Part shown: one piece after another, positions 23,681 through 36,395 of the stretch
How the letters are laid out: each line of letters starts with the position of its first letter
How positions within the stretch are numbered: position 1 is the first letter of the stretch
DNA from: Glaucostegus cemiculus
Taxonomy: Eukaryota
Reading direction: 5' to 3'
DNA length: 64,000 nucleotides
Assembly: GCA_976551045.1 (NCBI GenBank)
Contig: CDPCPM010000011.1
Span: 6,448,001 to 6,512,000 of the forward strand
Position numbers and translations under genes: made by a program
Notes under the pieces: model-generated
What the model was told of the DNA's origin: nothing
What the model saw: only the letters and a program-made list of their open reading frames with translations
Database searches by the model: none

Positions 23681-24277
23681 CCGCAATAAAACCTATGTTT
23701 CATTGTATGATGCAGTTCTTACAAAGTTGCAAAATGAAGGATTGTATAATTGCGTGCGTACTCTCCTGTTCTTGCAAGGGCGATGTGCTAAATATATCAA
23801 ATAATTATTCTGACCTTTGTCTACGTCTGTGATGTAACCACAGACCCTGACAGAAGCATTTAGCTATATGTGAAAGGTTGAACTTAAGTGGACGCAGCAA
23901 ACCACTGTTAGTGATTCATATGTTTATGTTTGCAGATCCAGTGATATGATTAAGGCAGACAATGGTGTTTAGACTTGCTGATGAAGATAATGGGATAACT
24001 GAAAGACTTTAAACTACTCAGGCCACAGATGCAGGAGAAGTCATTGACCGTCCTTCATCCCTGAAGCTAAGACCCATCAAAAGATAAAGTCACCCAGGAT
24101 CTTGTGGTGGCTAGGGGTCCTTTTTTTAAATGACAAACAATTTGTTTGTCTGGTGCTAGTTTATCGTATACTGGAGAAAATGTCAAGAAATCTCAATTTA
24201 CACTGAATGTAATTTAAGCTTAAAGTTCTGCGATCATTTATCTTGGTTTGCTCCTTTTACAATGGACCAGGTTGTGC

Positions 24278-24999
24278 TGATGGTGACCCCACAGTTCCAC
24301 AGAGAATTGCCAGCCAGCTACCTGTATCGTGGAGGGCAGTGGCTACCACGTGACAGCACCACCCAGTACCTGGTCGAAAGGTACTCTGTCAATCAAGGCC
24401 TGGCTCCACCCCACCCATCAGTGCGCACCTGACCATTAGCCCCTTTAAGCACCTTTGTACTTGGCCTCAGGCCATTGGCCTTCTGTGATCGATTAGTCCC
24501 TGCTGGCACTGGGCCATTGACCTTTTTGAACTACCTGGGCTGGACCCCCAGCCTCCAGCACTATAAAGAGTGCCACACATGCCTGGTTTGCTCTTTTTGT
24601 TTGGTCTGAGGAATCATGAAATGACACTGGAGAGACCATTGGTAAGCTGTGCACTTCGACAGGGTTAGGAGCGCTCTAAGTTAGTATTCCCAGTAGCATG
24701 GAGCTGTGCCTGCACTGAGTCAAGGAGTGGTGGGTAGTGTATTCCTTGATTGTTTGTACNNNNNNNNNNNNNNNNNNNNNNNNNNNNNNNNNNNNNNNNN
24801 NNNNNNNNNNNNNNNNNNNNNNNNNNNNNNNNNNNNNNNNNNNNNNNNNNNNNNNNNNNNNNNNNNNNNNNNNNNNNNNNNNNNNNNNNNNNNNNNNNNN
24901 NNNNNNNNTTCCCATTTTTGTCTTTGTAAATAACTAATTTAACTCTAAGACTGTGTTCCGAGTCCTTGTCCATCAAGACCTTGAATCTGTTTCACTACA
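24278..24999 (+). mobile_element. Solo LTR (TG...CA), spanning the assembly gap
   Basis: Termini TGATGGTGA / TCACTACA are imperfect inverted repeats; near-TSD GTGC/CTGC; TATAAA at 24562; raised GC; no internal coding sequence visible. Confidence 0.65.
24760..24908. other. Assembly gap (149 N)
   Basis: Run of N. Confidence 1.
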
Positions 25000-27499
25000 C
25001 TGCCGTACCCACATGAGCATCTTCTGGATTTCGTGCCCAGGAACAGCAACCCAACAGTATGGAACTGGCTGAGCGTCGCACACGAGCACATCTGATCTCT
25101 CGCTCTGCCCTTAGACTCACTTGCTGGGCTGAAGGGCCAGATACACTTTGTATCTGACCCTCAGACTTAGACCTGCCAAACAGCATGACCAGCATGGTCT
25201 CGCCCATTTGAATGAGGCTGCCAAGTATCGTTAACATGGCAAATTTGGCCAAGTGTGTTGTTTACTTTCCTTTATTTCACTGGATATTTATGTTTCTAAT
25301 AAATTAACAATGAATGTTTTTGATGTTTTAAGAATTTTCAATTTTTTTTTCAGATATCTCCAAATATCATACACATTCACAATAAGTGAAACCAGCATTT
25401 GATAGCTCTTTGTCAAAGACCATTAGAGAGTCAACATCTGCAAATCTAGTAGTCTGTCATGACACAGTTTGTTTGCAGGCATCTCCTAGAAATGTTTTGG
25501 CCAATTATATCGTCTTACCTGCTCCACCCATCTCCTTCAGTACCCTATCAACGAACACAAAGCAAGGTTTCTGTAACATTATGAGAGTTTAATGATGTAT
25601 TCAATAGAAATTGATTAAACTCAATTTTTTACATATCTTTCAGTTAATATTTTTATTTTGAAACAAGAAAATCTGAACTTGACTTTGAGATTTTTAAACA
25701 ATTATCATACTATACTTGAAGACATTGTCAATTATATTGATAAGAAGAGTCAAGCATTCTGCAGTTCCTTGAAAGTCAATCTCTTAAAGTTATTGAGCAT
25801 TTCATTTCCCACGCTATGCCAATAGGATTGCTGGTTTACAAAATGATTTGGAAACAAGCTTTCTGAATAAAGTTTCATGTCAAAACTCTTCTTAATTGCT
25901 TTATAACTTCATATAAAAGACTTCAGCTGAGCGACAGAGAGAGACAGTCAGATGATTGCAACACCTGCTTTTGTTTATATTGAGAATTTTATGGCAATTA
26001 TTGTTTATGAAAAGATTTAATTATGCTGCTGTGCTAATTATATCCATCGCGTATTGTCACCTAGATACAACATTTTAAAATAACAACTACAGCCAAATGT
26101 AGGATTTTTTTCATGCACCAGACTACAAAATATAAATTCTGTATCAACTGGTTTAGATTAACTTCTTCTTCCTAATATTGCTGTCTTGTCTTCTGCTCGT
26201 TCCAAGATTGTCAATCCATGCATCTAACATTCATTCAACAATTGAGGAACAGGGAAATAGAAGGAGGTGGATCCACACAGCTGTTAGCATATGGGAAGAT
26301 TATTTATTTACCAAGAAACAAGGGATACCTACAGACTTGTATGTTTTTTGTGCCTCATGTCCATGATGTTAGACAGAATTGCCATACTAGTGTAAATTCT
26401 TGTGAAGCATTTATTATAAAATTGCATTATTAATGCTTTTCTCATTACAAATATATATTTGATGTGAAAAATGTGAACCCCAAAGCATGAAAAGCTTTTA
26501 CACTGGACTTAAATGAAAGTGTCGGGACCTCTACATATTGGTGAGCTACACAGATGATTGAATTTGATTGTTAGCTCATTTATATATGGTGCAAGAGTCC
26601 CATTCAAGAGCACATTGCAAAGGCCCTCTCATAAACAGGGCAAGTACGTCTTCCCCTCAGAATCCCTGTAAGTGACACTGGCAACCACGTAAATGTCACT
26701 CCACCCAGTCGTTGCAGAATTAACTTGTTGTAGTTTCAGTGATGAAAAGGTTGAGAGCCATATCAACTGTGACAACCCTATTGGCAGAGCTCTTTGGACA
26801 GTTGACTTGATTATCCAGGGTTTTTCTCAACTGCTTAGGCTTGTATTCTTGATATTTACTTGCCCATTGTCATCTTATTAAGTGGTCTGTGTGTTTTATG
26901 TTCAAGAGTGTGCCTTTTCTGCATGTTATTTAAGAAAACCCAAGGTGTATGATTGTATTACTTCTGCTCTAAATATTCAGGCCTTTAACATTTTGGAAAC
27001 AGGCTGAAGGTATACTTGGCAAAGCAGGGCAGGCTTGAAGTACTACGCTGATTCAATGTATAATGAGTGAAAACACAACATTGTTAAACTTGAGCTTAAT
27101 TAGTTTAACCAGTACAAGTTGTTTTCACACAATAACATAAAATAAAAAACATTGCTGGGTCATTTGACTTGATCTACTCTTTTACATGCTAACCTTCAGG
27201 CAACCTCTGTTGGGCTTGGGTGGCCTTGTAGCTTTCTCTTGCAATATATCTCAGTGAGCTTGCAGCCTTTGCTGGACTTGACTGCCTCCATGTATCTGTC
27301 CAGATCCTTTATCTTTTTGTGTTCACAAGCAGAGATAAAGTACAATGCCAGACAATCCCAAACAGTGCCTGGGACCGGAAACTGCTCTGATTAGTGGTAT
27401 TAGATCTTAATCAATTATCAAACCTAAGCTAATGAAATGTTTATTTGACATTTTAGCAGATAAATTCAAGCATATTAGCAACTTAATTACCTGTTCTCA

Positions 27500-27703
27500 T
27501 TGTCTTACTGGCGTTCTAGCCAATAGTTAGCCCTCGACCATCTGAAAAATATCGAGTTATTATCTCATTAGTGGGTCTTTGTTGTTCCCAGTTTGGCTTC
27601 CATGTTTATTAGCTGCAGTGACTATACTTCAAAATGTACTTCATTGGCTGTCAAACTCTTTAGGAAGTCCTGAGGACATGAGAAGTGTAATGTGAGTGCA
27701 AAT
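27500..27703 (+). mobile_element. Deu-domain SINE 3' half
   Basis: CAGTGACTATACTTCAAAATGTACTTCATTGGCTGTCAAACTCTTTAGGAAGTCCTGAGG tail. Confidence 0.75.
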
Positions 27704-27810
27704 TCTGATGAAAGATCATTGACCTGGAAAATTAGCTCAGTTTCTGTGTCTTCACAAATGTTGCTTGACCAACCTGGCATTTCCAGCTTTTCTGGTTTTC
27801 TTTCAGTCAA
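27701..27810 (+). mobile_element. Penelope-derived terminal element with hammerhead remnant
   Basis: CTGATGA at 27705-27711, AAGATCATTGACCT, GGAAA, then CACAAATGTTGCTTGACC...TTTCCAGC. Confidence 0.7.
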
Positions 27811-28909
27811 TTTTTAAAAAGGTTTTCGTGATTTCCCTGAATTTATGCCAGGTGATTATTAAATCAATGGCCATGAAGGCATGGCAACTCACCAATTCTC
27901 ACAGTCCCCTCCAATAATTATCTATAAAATACAGGAGATCATGGATGGCCATGCATAGGTTCACCACACCACACTTGACCTTTCAAAAGCCAACAAATTT
28001 AAATTTGTGTACGTGTCCCTAAATCTAATGATTGGATTGAAGGTCCAGGTCTTGTTGGCTGTGATGGTTTCCTCGCTAAACTAATCCACATTCTCCTTAA
28101 AGTCATCTCTCCTCTTTCTCAATTTCCTTCGTAAAGAGTGTTCCATCATCTATCCATCTTGTCTTTACCTAAAAGAACTGAGAGAAGAAGATAAAAACCT
28201 TTCTGCTGGTGGATTGGAGAGGTAGAAACCATTTTAGAAGATGTGTTGTTGTCATTTCCAGGCATTCACACACACCCACCCCCCCAGTTCCTCAGCTTTA
28301 CTCCCCCTTTCTTTTCACAACAGTTTGAGGAGTTGCCTCTACTCCCTATATTTCTGGGCTCATTGTTCTTCCATGCCTTCCTTTTATTGTGACTTTGACT
28401 CCAAACTTACCAGTGCTGTTCCATATTAGACAGAAGTTCCTGTTCAAATTCAGGCCTGAGTAACTTGCTGACAATGAGTTAGAGAAACAAAAGATTCTGT
28501 GCTAAGGACTTGAACTGGTTCACCAGACTTGATATTGGCTGAGGTCACATGGCATCCTCAACCATAGAATGTTGTCCAAAGTAGCATCTTGTAGTTTTTC
28601 TGACTCCAATAACAACTTAGGGTCATAAATGCTATCTTTTCCACTTCTGACTCGACTCCACCCTCTCCTGTCAGTTCTCTGCAACTGTTAACTCCTTTCT
28701 TCACTCCTGCCCAAAGACCTGATTATATTTACTCCATCCCACACCACTTGTAGTTCTTTAGACTTGTCGTGCTTTATGCCCAACTCACTCCATACCAACC
28801 TCGAGTGCTAATCCCTCAGAACTGGGGAAAACCCTCACATCTTCACTGTCAATCCTGGTCACTCTCAGGCTCCATTTTCTCGCAGATACCAAGATAGTTT
28901 TGCATAGAA

Positions 28910-29157
28910 ATTTTTTTTAAATTTTATTTACAACGTGGTAACAGGCCCTTTCGGCCCTCCGAGTCCACGCTGCCCATTTTTAACCCCCAAACTACCCGTA
29001 CGTCTTTCAGAATGTGGGAGGAAACCGGAGCACCCGGAGGAAACCCACGCAGACATGGGAGAACGTACAAACTCCTTAGAGACAGCGACGGAAATCGAAC
29101 CCCGATCGCTGGTGCTGTAACAGCATCACGCTAACCGCTACGCTATTGTGCCGCCCC
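28910..29157 (-). mobile_element. Young tRNA-derived V-SINE (HE1-like), full length
   Basis: Minus strand GGGGCGGCACAATAGCGTAGCGGTTAGC (A box), GGTTCGATTTCC (B box), V-domain GGGTTTCCTCCGGGTGCTCCGGTTTCCTCCCAC, CR1-like tail; CpGs retained. Confidence 0.92.
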
Positions 29158-29339
29158 TAATATACATTCTAAATTCTAATACACATTTTAGGGTGCATTG
29201 GAGAGATGTAGACACCAACAACTATTTTATTGCTAACCTATAGGATAAAATATTTATTGCAACTAAACCCCAAAGCCCAAGATAGAAAAGATTAAGCATT
29301 ACACATCAGCACAGGAGAAAATATATCATCTGGACATCC

Positions 29340-29600
29340 TTGAGGCCAGGCATAGCAGCTCGTGAAAATAGGGTCTGGGGTCATTGGGTCGGAGTGGAGA
29401 GAACAGGCAGATTACTTGGGAGAGGAGGATGGGAGATGAAAGGTTGCTTTTTTGAGGAATTCAGGACAGCTGGCAGCTTCAAAGGATGTGTCGAGATTGT
29501 AGAGCATTAGTGGGGACCAGGACTGGGATTAGCATCAGAGCAGGAGGTTGTAGGTTCAAGGGATTGCGATGAATTGCTGGGTCAAGTGGGGATTACTGAG
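29340..29600 (-). mobile_element. Old LINE (L2-like) RT fragment
   Basis: Minus strand CTCAAAAAAGCAACCTTTCATC...AAGTAATCTGCCTGTTCTC resembles LKKPTLDP..NYRPVS; heavily decayed. Confidence 0.35.
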
Positions 29601-29984
29601 TTGGGGGGCACTGTTCAAGAGTTGGGATTTTGTTGATGGGGTGGAATGAAATGGTCCCTTCAGTGCAGGGGGAAGACACATGGAGAATGGTAGGTTACCT
29701 ACTTACCTTGCAAGCTTCTCTCTTTGGTGTAGTATGTTGAAGACACATATGGTCTCGGGATTCCCCAATGATAAGTGTCAGCAGGCAGAGGGGTTACAGG
29801 TTCTCCTGCAGTATTCTAAAGCAGTGTTGCTCTGAAAATGATCTAATCCTGTACATCCCTCTGAGGGAAGTCACATCAGGGGTGCAATGATGACAGCTGA
29901 CAGGAAGGGTCAGTCAAATTTTCCAAGTGCTGCAAGAAGACCCACTTGTTGTGGCTCACTACTGGGGCTAGGGGAGGGGGGTGA

Positions 29985-30165
29985 TTAATGGAACCAAAAT
30001 CTATTGGAATGTTGTTAAACCCCATTTGGTTCACTGGTGTCCTCCAGGAAATGAAATTCGCCACGTTTATCCAATACAGTCTACGTATGGGTCCAAACCC
30101 AACAATGCAACTTCAAGTCAGGAGCAATTTAGAAATGCTGGTCACATCCCAAGCTTGAATAAATA
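29985..30165 (+). mobile_element. Old SINE fragment (family also at 36150 and 41070)
   Basis: TGTTAAACCCCATTTGGTTCACTGGTGTCCTCCAGGAAATGAAATTCGCC...GCAATTTAG...CACATCCC; reverse-complement similarity to the other two copies. Confidence 0.55.
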
Positions 30166-32032
30166 ACATTGTGTATATCACTGAAAAACAGCATCAAGTA
30201 ATTGAATTCCCAGGAATTTATCCTTTATCTGCAAAGGTCTTAGTAGTTTCTGGAAATGCCAGTATTAGTCTGGATAGTGGCTATTAAACCTATGAAGGCA
30301 TCACAGAATTATTCGTCTGAGCCAGGGAACAAATCCAGAGCACATGAACTGCTTTCCTCTCCAAGCTGTGCCTCAGCACTCTCTGTTCTATTCCTGCATA
30401 ATCTTTCTACTTCCTCCCACTTCTCATTCCAGTGTCTCCCTTTGCTCATTGTTTATTGTCAATCACCAAGCTTGATGACATGCTTGATTGACAGCTGATG
30501 GGGGCATCTGGTTTTCTACCTACTCATTGGATCTTCCGATCTTGTGAGAACAAAAGCAAAATTCTACATGTCAACTGGGACCCAGAGTTTTTAGCCAAAG
30601 AGCTGTGGCCTTAAATTACAGAATGCATAACTGATGACCCTTTCATTAAAAGTCAGCAGTTTGCATAAATAGCAATCCCTTCATATGATATCACACACTT
30701 CATTATTTCAGATGAAGCCATCAAAAATATTAGTACCACATTCATTTTTATTAGCCATTATCTCTAATTATGGTCATGCTTCTTCTATAACATATTTAAT
30801 TTACATCTATACATTTCCAGCAATCAAAATAGCCAAGACCCACCCTTCTATACTATAATCACAATCTAAAGATGAAAACAGGAACATTAATATTCAGACC
30901 TTATATAAACACTTCCTCCCACTTTGCATGAGCAACAACACAGCAAAATATATGTTATTCACCTACATACACAAGATCTTTACTTTCAGCAAAAAAGCCA
31001 TGATAAGTTCAAACTCCACCATCTAGTTTGTCAGTCTTTCATTTTCAGATGAGAAAATAATTTGAAATAATTTCATGGCTGCACTTAAGTCACACGACAG
31101 AGCCAGCAAAGTCCTTGATCAGACAGTATAAGTTTTGCTGCACGGAAGATCAGCAGTAGATAGAGAGAGACATGGCTACTGGAAGCGGCTGAGGCTGTGC
31201 TTGAGGCTTACAGCTCTATTTTGCTGGAGGCTAAGAGACAGACAAGATTTTGTAGGCAGATTAAATAAGAGTAATATTGCACTAATATGCCTTAATCCCC
31301 AATGTTTTTGAATTCTTTTCGTACACCATTTTCAATGCTTGTCATTTGTAAAGCCTATAAAAGCCAGTAAAAATTGGTTCTATGTGGAATAATCTATTTT
31401 CACTCCCTCAGTCAAATAATACTTCAATGAGAATAGCATGGAAATTTTCCCCCCAGCTATTTACAAAAACTGTCACGTATCCGAATTAAAATGTTACACT
31501 GCTGCACCTGTCTATACCCAGCATGGAATGGATGATGGGCAATTAAGCAAGGTTCAAGTATTTTCTAAAGTGAGTTATTCAGTTACAGTGAACATTATCT
31601 GTTTGAAGGACTGAACATACACAAACAAGGACAATTAACTCTGGCAATGGCTTTTTTGTTGAACAGAGTAATGAAATATGCTGGCGACTGCACACATGTA
31701 AAACCAAGAGCTCCAGCTATTGCATACTCCAGTCTCTTCACTTCCTCTCACCCACATGCCACTCTCTTGTGTTCCAGCCGACTTCCATTGTTCAGCTGTC
31801 TTTTGAACTCCCTGCCACCTCACACTATCTTTATTCCTTTTCCACTTTCCAGCTTGTTCATCCTACCTTAGAATGTTTATTTCCAAATTTATCTCCATTT
31901 TAACTTAATTTCAAACAGCAGCAGCACGGTGTGAGGTGCCACACACTGTTGCAAGAAATGTTCTCCTGATGACAGCCAGCTGTTTATGTTGTATTGTCAC
32001 TGCCTGGACAATTACGGCAGGTAGTAAATACT

Positions 32033-32554
32033 GGGGTATAAATTAACTCTCCCCACCCATTACGAACAAGATGGGCTGGCAGCTCAAACTACAGGGATAA
32101 TGTCACTTCTGAAGTCCTATTGCCTGTGATCCTTGCCTTTAATATTGTAAGGGTGCTTAATGTAAGTTAGCACAGGCAAAGTGGAGAGGCCACTGTAGCT
32201 TTGTTGCCAGGTCAGACTGAGTTGGAGGAAGTGAGAGGAGGCCTCAAGGGGAAGTAGAAGTTGTTCCTACACGGAAGCCAAGTGGAACAGAAGTGGTTCC
32301 TGTAGGCTGATGGAAAATTCAGCCTTTCCTGCCCTAGATTCTATGCCCACCTCACCCCACTACAATCCTTCCCTCTCATATGATTCTTTCGCTATCCCTA
32401 TCCACAATGTACCTGCAGTCTTGGATGGCTGAGAGTGTAGAAAGTAGTGAAGGGTGTGTGCTTGGGTGGTGTTATCAAGAGGTTATAGGGTCTCACTCTG
32501 CCGGTAACTGTTCGCTCTCTTTGCCTGTTGTAGGCAGGAAGTGAATTGATAGCC
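32033..32554. mobile_element. Old MITE-like element with degenerate TIRs
   Basis: GGGGTATAAATTAACTCTCC versus reverse complement of right end GGCTATCAATTCACTTCC. Confidence 0.4.
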
Positions 32555-33824
32555 ATCCTTCCTGTTTTGGATCAAGTGTGAATCAAACAAATTTGAAGAA
32601 TTTTTATTTTGTTTGACTGCACAGGTATCCATGGACTTCATTAGACTTTAAATGAACCTCAAACTAGAGTTACCTGTTTACTTGACTGGTTTAAGTCTAC
32701 ATGAATAGCAATCATCAAGTTAATTCTTTATGTTGCCATTTAACTTTAACACAATCCAAAGTTTTTGCTTTATAAATAAAGATAATTTTCTTGAAGAATT
32801 TTCAATCCCTTAATCGGAGTTCTTGTCTAAAAGAATGACAGAAGGAATTTGAATAACATTGGTTTGAGGGGAAATGAGACATACTTACAGATGTTAGGCA
32901 ACTGATAAATAATCTTAAATATCAGCAAGTTGGCATATTCTCCATTTCAATTGCAGTTTCCCCACCCCTGCTGTAGAAATCAGGGATTCTTCTATTGACC
33001 GTAATGCTTTGGTGATTCTGTCTCCTCATGGTGACCTACTCTGTCTGAATAAGGATTTATTTCAGCCGTTTACAGCACTCTCTTCTCACATGTTGGACTG
33101 GCAAATTATACCTCACATAAATCTAACCTAGTCTCACAATTTGAATGCTTCTGCCCATCTTTCTAGATAAGTAGCATAGACTTTACTTTTAGCAACCTAA
33201 GTCTTAAGCATCCATAATCAACTTTCTCTCACAGTAAGGGATTACCTTTTTATGGTCTAAGAATTCCATGCCAACTTCAATTGGTCTACTAATGCTTAAT
33301 TTTATTTCACTGAAGTGTGTTGCAATCAGAAATAGAATAGAAAATATAAAATTGGAAAAATTATTATGAAGAGAGTGGCAATTTTGAAAGGCTAAAAAAA
33401 GGTTTTGTTCAGAGTTCAAAGCTAAATACTAAGAGCTATCAGATGGAACACAAAAAACTCCCATTGGCTCAAGTTTATGCCTCCTGCAACTATTCAACAT
33501 TGCCAGCATTCAGAGTTTTTCTGATTTACATCTAACAATGATGATTATTATAGACTAAGAGCAAATTGAAGATATTCAAACAGATTCACTGAATTAAGAT
33601 TGGTACTCATTCTCTCATTAAGATTTAGAAGCAACATAGAGAGTGACACTCACTCAGTCATGCTCACTGGGAAATTAAGTTAAACTGATATATATTTGAA
33701 CTGAAGCTGATATTTATTTGTGAATACTAAGGACCATGTTGAAATCAAAACTCACGCATTTTATGTTGTGGGGAGGTAACAGAGAGAGTAGACAATGACA
33801 ATGGAATATATGTGATTTATTTAG

Positions 33825-34940
33825 TTTTTCAAACTCCTTTGATAAGGTACATCATGAATAAGGTCAGAAAGGAGTTGAGGGATGAGTAGCAGAATGGGTT
33901 GCTAGCTGGCATCAGGACAGGTACAGAGAGGAGGAGTAAATGGTGGCTGTTTTTTGGGGAAGGAGGTGGGTACTGGTGTTCTCCAACATCCGTGCTGGAA
34001 CCACTCACAATTACTTTAATGATTTTTGACTCAAAAATCAAAAACACAATTCCTAAACGTGTGGAGTCATACTGGTGCAGGGGGAGCAGTGGAATAAATA
34101 ATAATAGGGAGAACTGCAACACCTCACGGGAGGATCTTAGTAAATGTGCAACATGGTCTGGTTGAGATAAATAGGCAAATAGTGGGATTCAGTAAGGATA
34201 ACTGCAAGATAGTACATTTTGGTAGAAAGGTCACTGATTACTTGGAAGGTGCAAGTCCAGCTGGGGTAGAGCAAAAATGGGATCTCATGTCAGCAAAAGT
34301 TGTTCCATTGATTAGCAAAGCCATAAAGAAAACAAAACAAGTACTAGGGTTTATTTCTCGGGATAGAACTAAAAAATAGGAAGGTTATGCTAAATCTGTA
34401 GCCAATGTTAATTTTAACTAACATGGAGTTCTGCATATGGTTCTTTCACCATATTTTTCAAAGGATATAGAGGCATTGAAGACTGCACAGCAATGATTTC
34501 CAAGGATGATCCCAGAAATATAAGAATGTACATATCAGGAATAAAATTAACAGATTTTGTTCATTTTTACTCAAGGTTGAGGGACACCAAATAGAAGTCT
34601 TTAAAATTAGGAAGAGTTTTGATGGAGTTGATATGGATAAAAATGCTTCTGCTTTTAGAGAGAACATAACTAGAACCCATGTTTATAAGATAGTTGCCCA
34701 GAAACCCAATAGGGAATTCAGAAAAAGCTCCCTTATCAAAACCAAAGTGGGAACACGGAACTTGCAACCAGAGAGAGTTGTTGAAATGAATAATACAAAT
34801 ATATTTAAGGGAGGTTGGACAAGCATATGAGAGATAAGGGAATAGAAGGCTATACTGATAAATTTAGATGAGGAAGAGACACAAACAGAGCATGAACTGT
34901 TTGGCTGAATGAGCTGTTTGTTGTGCAGTACTTGGAACTC
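33825..34940 (+). mobile_element. Decayed CR1 LINE (RT through 3' UTR)
   Basis: TTTCAAACTCCTTTGATAAGGTAC (~FQKAFDKV), GGTGTTCTCCAACATCCGTGCTGGAACC (~GVPQGSVLGP), NCKIVHFGRK, tail TTGGCTGAATGAGCTG. Confidence 0.85.
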
Positions 34941-35079
34941 TGTAAGGACACAAAATTAATTCATTGAGAACTTAATTGGGTCTCATCTTTCTTTTCCAAG
35001 TTATTTATTGATTTTATTATAACTATTTTCTCACACTTTAATTCTGATGAATTTTAGATTTTAAAATCAAGAAAGACAT

Positions 35080-35505
35080 AGTGTAACATAATCCATCAGT
35101 TGTTGACAATTTTGCTTCAACTCAAAGGGCTGTGGGTTTAAGTCATATTGGGAAATTAAAACACAAACATCTGGACTGACACTCAAGTGCAATACTGGGT
35201 TAGTGTCCAATGTTCTGGCAATTAAATAACATGTCCCCCTGTTGGTTATAAAAGAACCCATAGGACTATCCTGAAAAAAAAGCAGGAGAGTTGTTCCCAA
35301 TGTCCTGGTTTCGATTTATTTCTCGACCAATACGTAAACAAAGGTTACCTTGTCAATATGTTATTTGGATTCTTGGTATGCACAAATTGGCTGTGTGTTT
35401 AGTGTGACTGCATTTCATAAAAAGAACTTTATTTGTTGCAGAGTGCTTTGCAGGATCCTGGGGTCATATAAATTCAAGGTGCAATATAAATGCAAGACCT
35501 TTTTA
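35080..35505 (+). mobile_element. Deu-domain SINE, near full length, decayed
   Basis: GGGTTTAAGTC (B-box remnant), GACTGACACTCAAGTGCAATACTG, AGCAGGAGAGTT..TGTCCTGG, GCACAAATTGGCTG, ATATAAATGCAAG tail. Confidence 0.75.
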
Positions 35506-35859
35506 TCACTCCCGAGAAATTAAGCATTTTCCACTTTGTAACTTCTTGTCAGTTTTAAGTAATGCAACCAGTTAACACTCAGCCATAACCCAGACTCCAC
35601 TGCTGCTGCATCCTATTCAAGCATCATTTCCTTTCAAATGTCACCAACTAGAGTTAATTGAGATGTTTGAAGACTTAGAATTTTCAATTAATTTGAATTA
35701 AAATAACTTCAGTCAGAGTGCCTCTGATGGATTAGTGGGTAAATGTGGTACTAAATCATACACTGAACTCTGCTGAGTTTAAAGGATTTCAGCTTCTGCA
35801 TGCTTCTTAATGCTCTGCTTTGGAAGAATAGAACATGTGGCTTCTTTGACAGCAAACTC

Positions 35860-36075
35860 ACCAACCCTGTGACCTCCACTGCCTAGAAGGACAAGGATAG
35901 CAGGCACAGTTCTTGCAAGTTCCCTTCCAAGTTACCTGTCACAATGACATAGTGATCTCTCATCACTGCTTGCCAAATATATTGGAATTGTCTATCCAAA
36001 AAACTGTGGGACCTAACTTTGCCACAATGACTGCAATAGTCCAAAAGGTCAAGTCACCAATCCCAATGTCCCAAA
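35860..36075 (+). mobile_element. Old LINE 3' fragment
   Basis: CCTAGAAGGACAAGGATAGCAGG...TGCAAGTTCCCTTCCAAGT; recognised as a common elasmobranch CR1/L2-group tail. Confidence 0.55.
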
Positions 36076-36149
36076 TGCATTTTTAAACAGGGCATGTAAT
36101 GATATCCAATTGTGTAACCAGGTGGCTGGCTTCAGATTCAGTTATACTG

Positions 36150-36395
36150 TTGTGGGACTAAAGACACAAGGGTAAGGGAGACAGATTTTCTTCCTTAATG
36201 TTCATTGGTGAACCATAAGCATTCTTATGACTATCAAGGTCACCATTGCTGACACCACCTTAATATTCCAGTTTATATCATAAATTGAATTTAAACTCCA
36301 CAGCTGCCATAATGGGATTTGAGTTCACATCTTCAGATTACTAGTGCATGCTTGTGAATTACTACTCTGGTAATATTATCACAATGCCAACATAT
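36150..36395 (-). mobile_element. Old tRNA-derived SINE 5' part
   Basis: Minus strand TGGCATTGTGATAAT...AGTAATCTGAAG...AACTCAAATCCCATTATGGCAGCTGTGGAGTTTAAATTCAAT. Confidence 0.6.

Noticed and set aside
24665-24976. ORFs containing X runs
   Set aside because: Artefacts of the N gap.
27200-27380. Possible L1/Tx1 C-terminal remnant on the minus strand
   Set aside because: Only a few residues resemble the family; too weak to call.
29080-29157. tRNA-like A and B boxes (also 38260-38335)
   Set aside because: These are SINE heads continuing into V-domain and LINE-like tails; no full cloverleaf or Pol III terminator of a tRNA gene.
29707-29805. 99-nt open minus-strand segment ending CAAG|GTAAGT
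   Set aside because: Weak acceptor, unrecognised peptide, embedded among old repeats that often carry ACTTACC.
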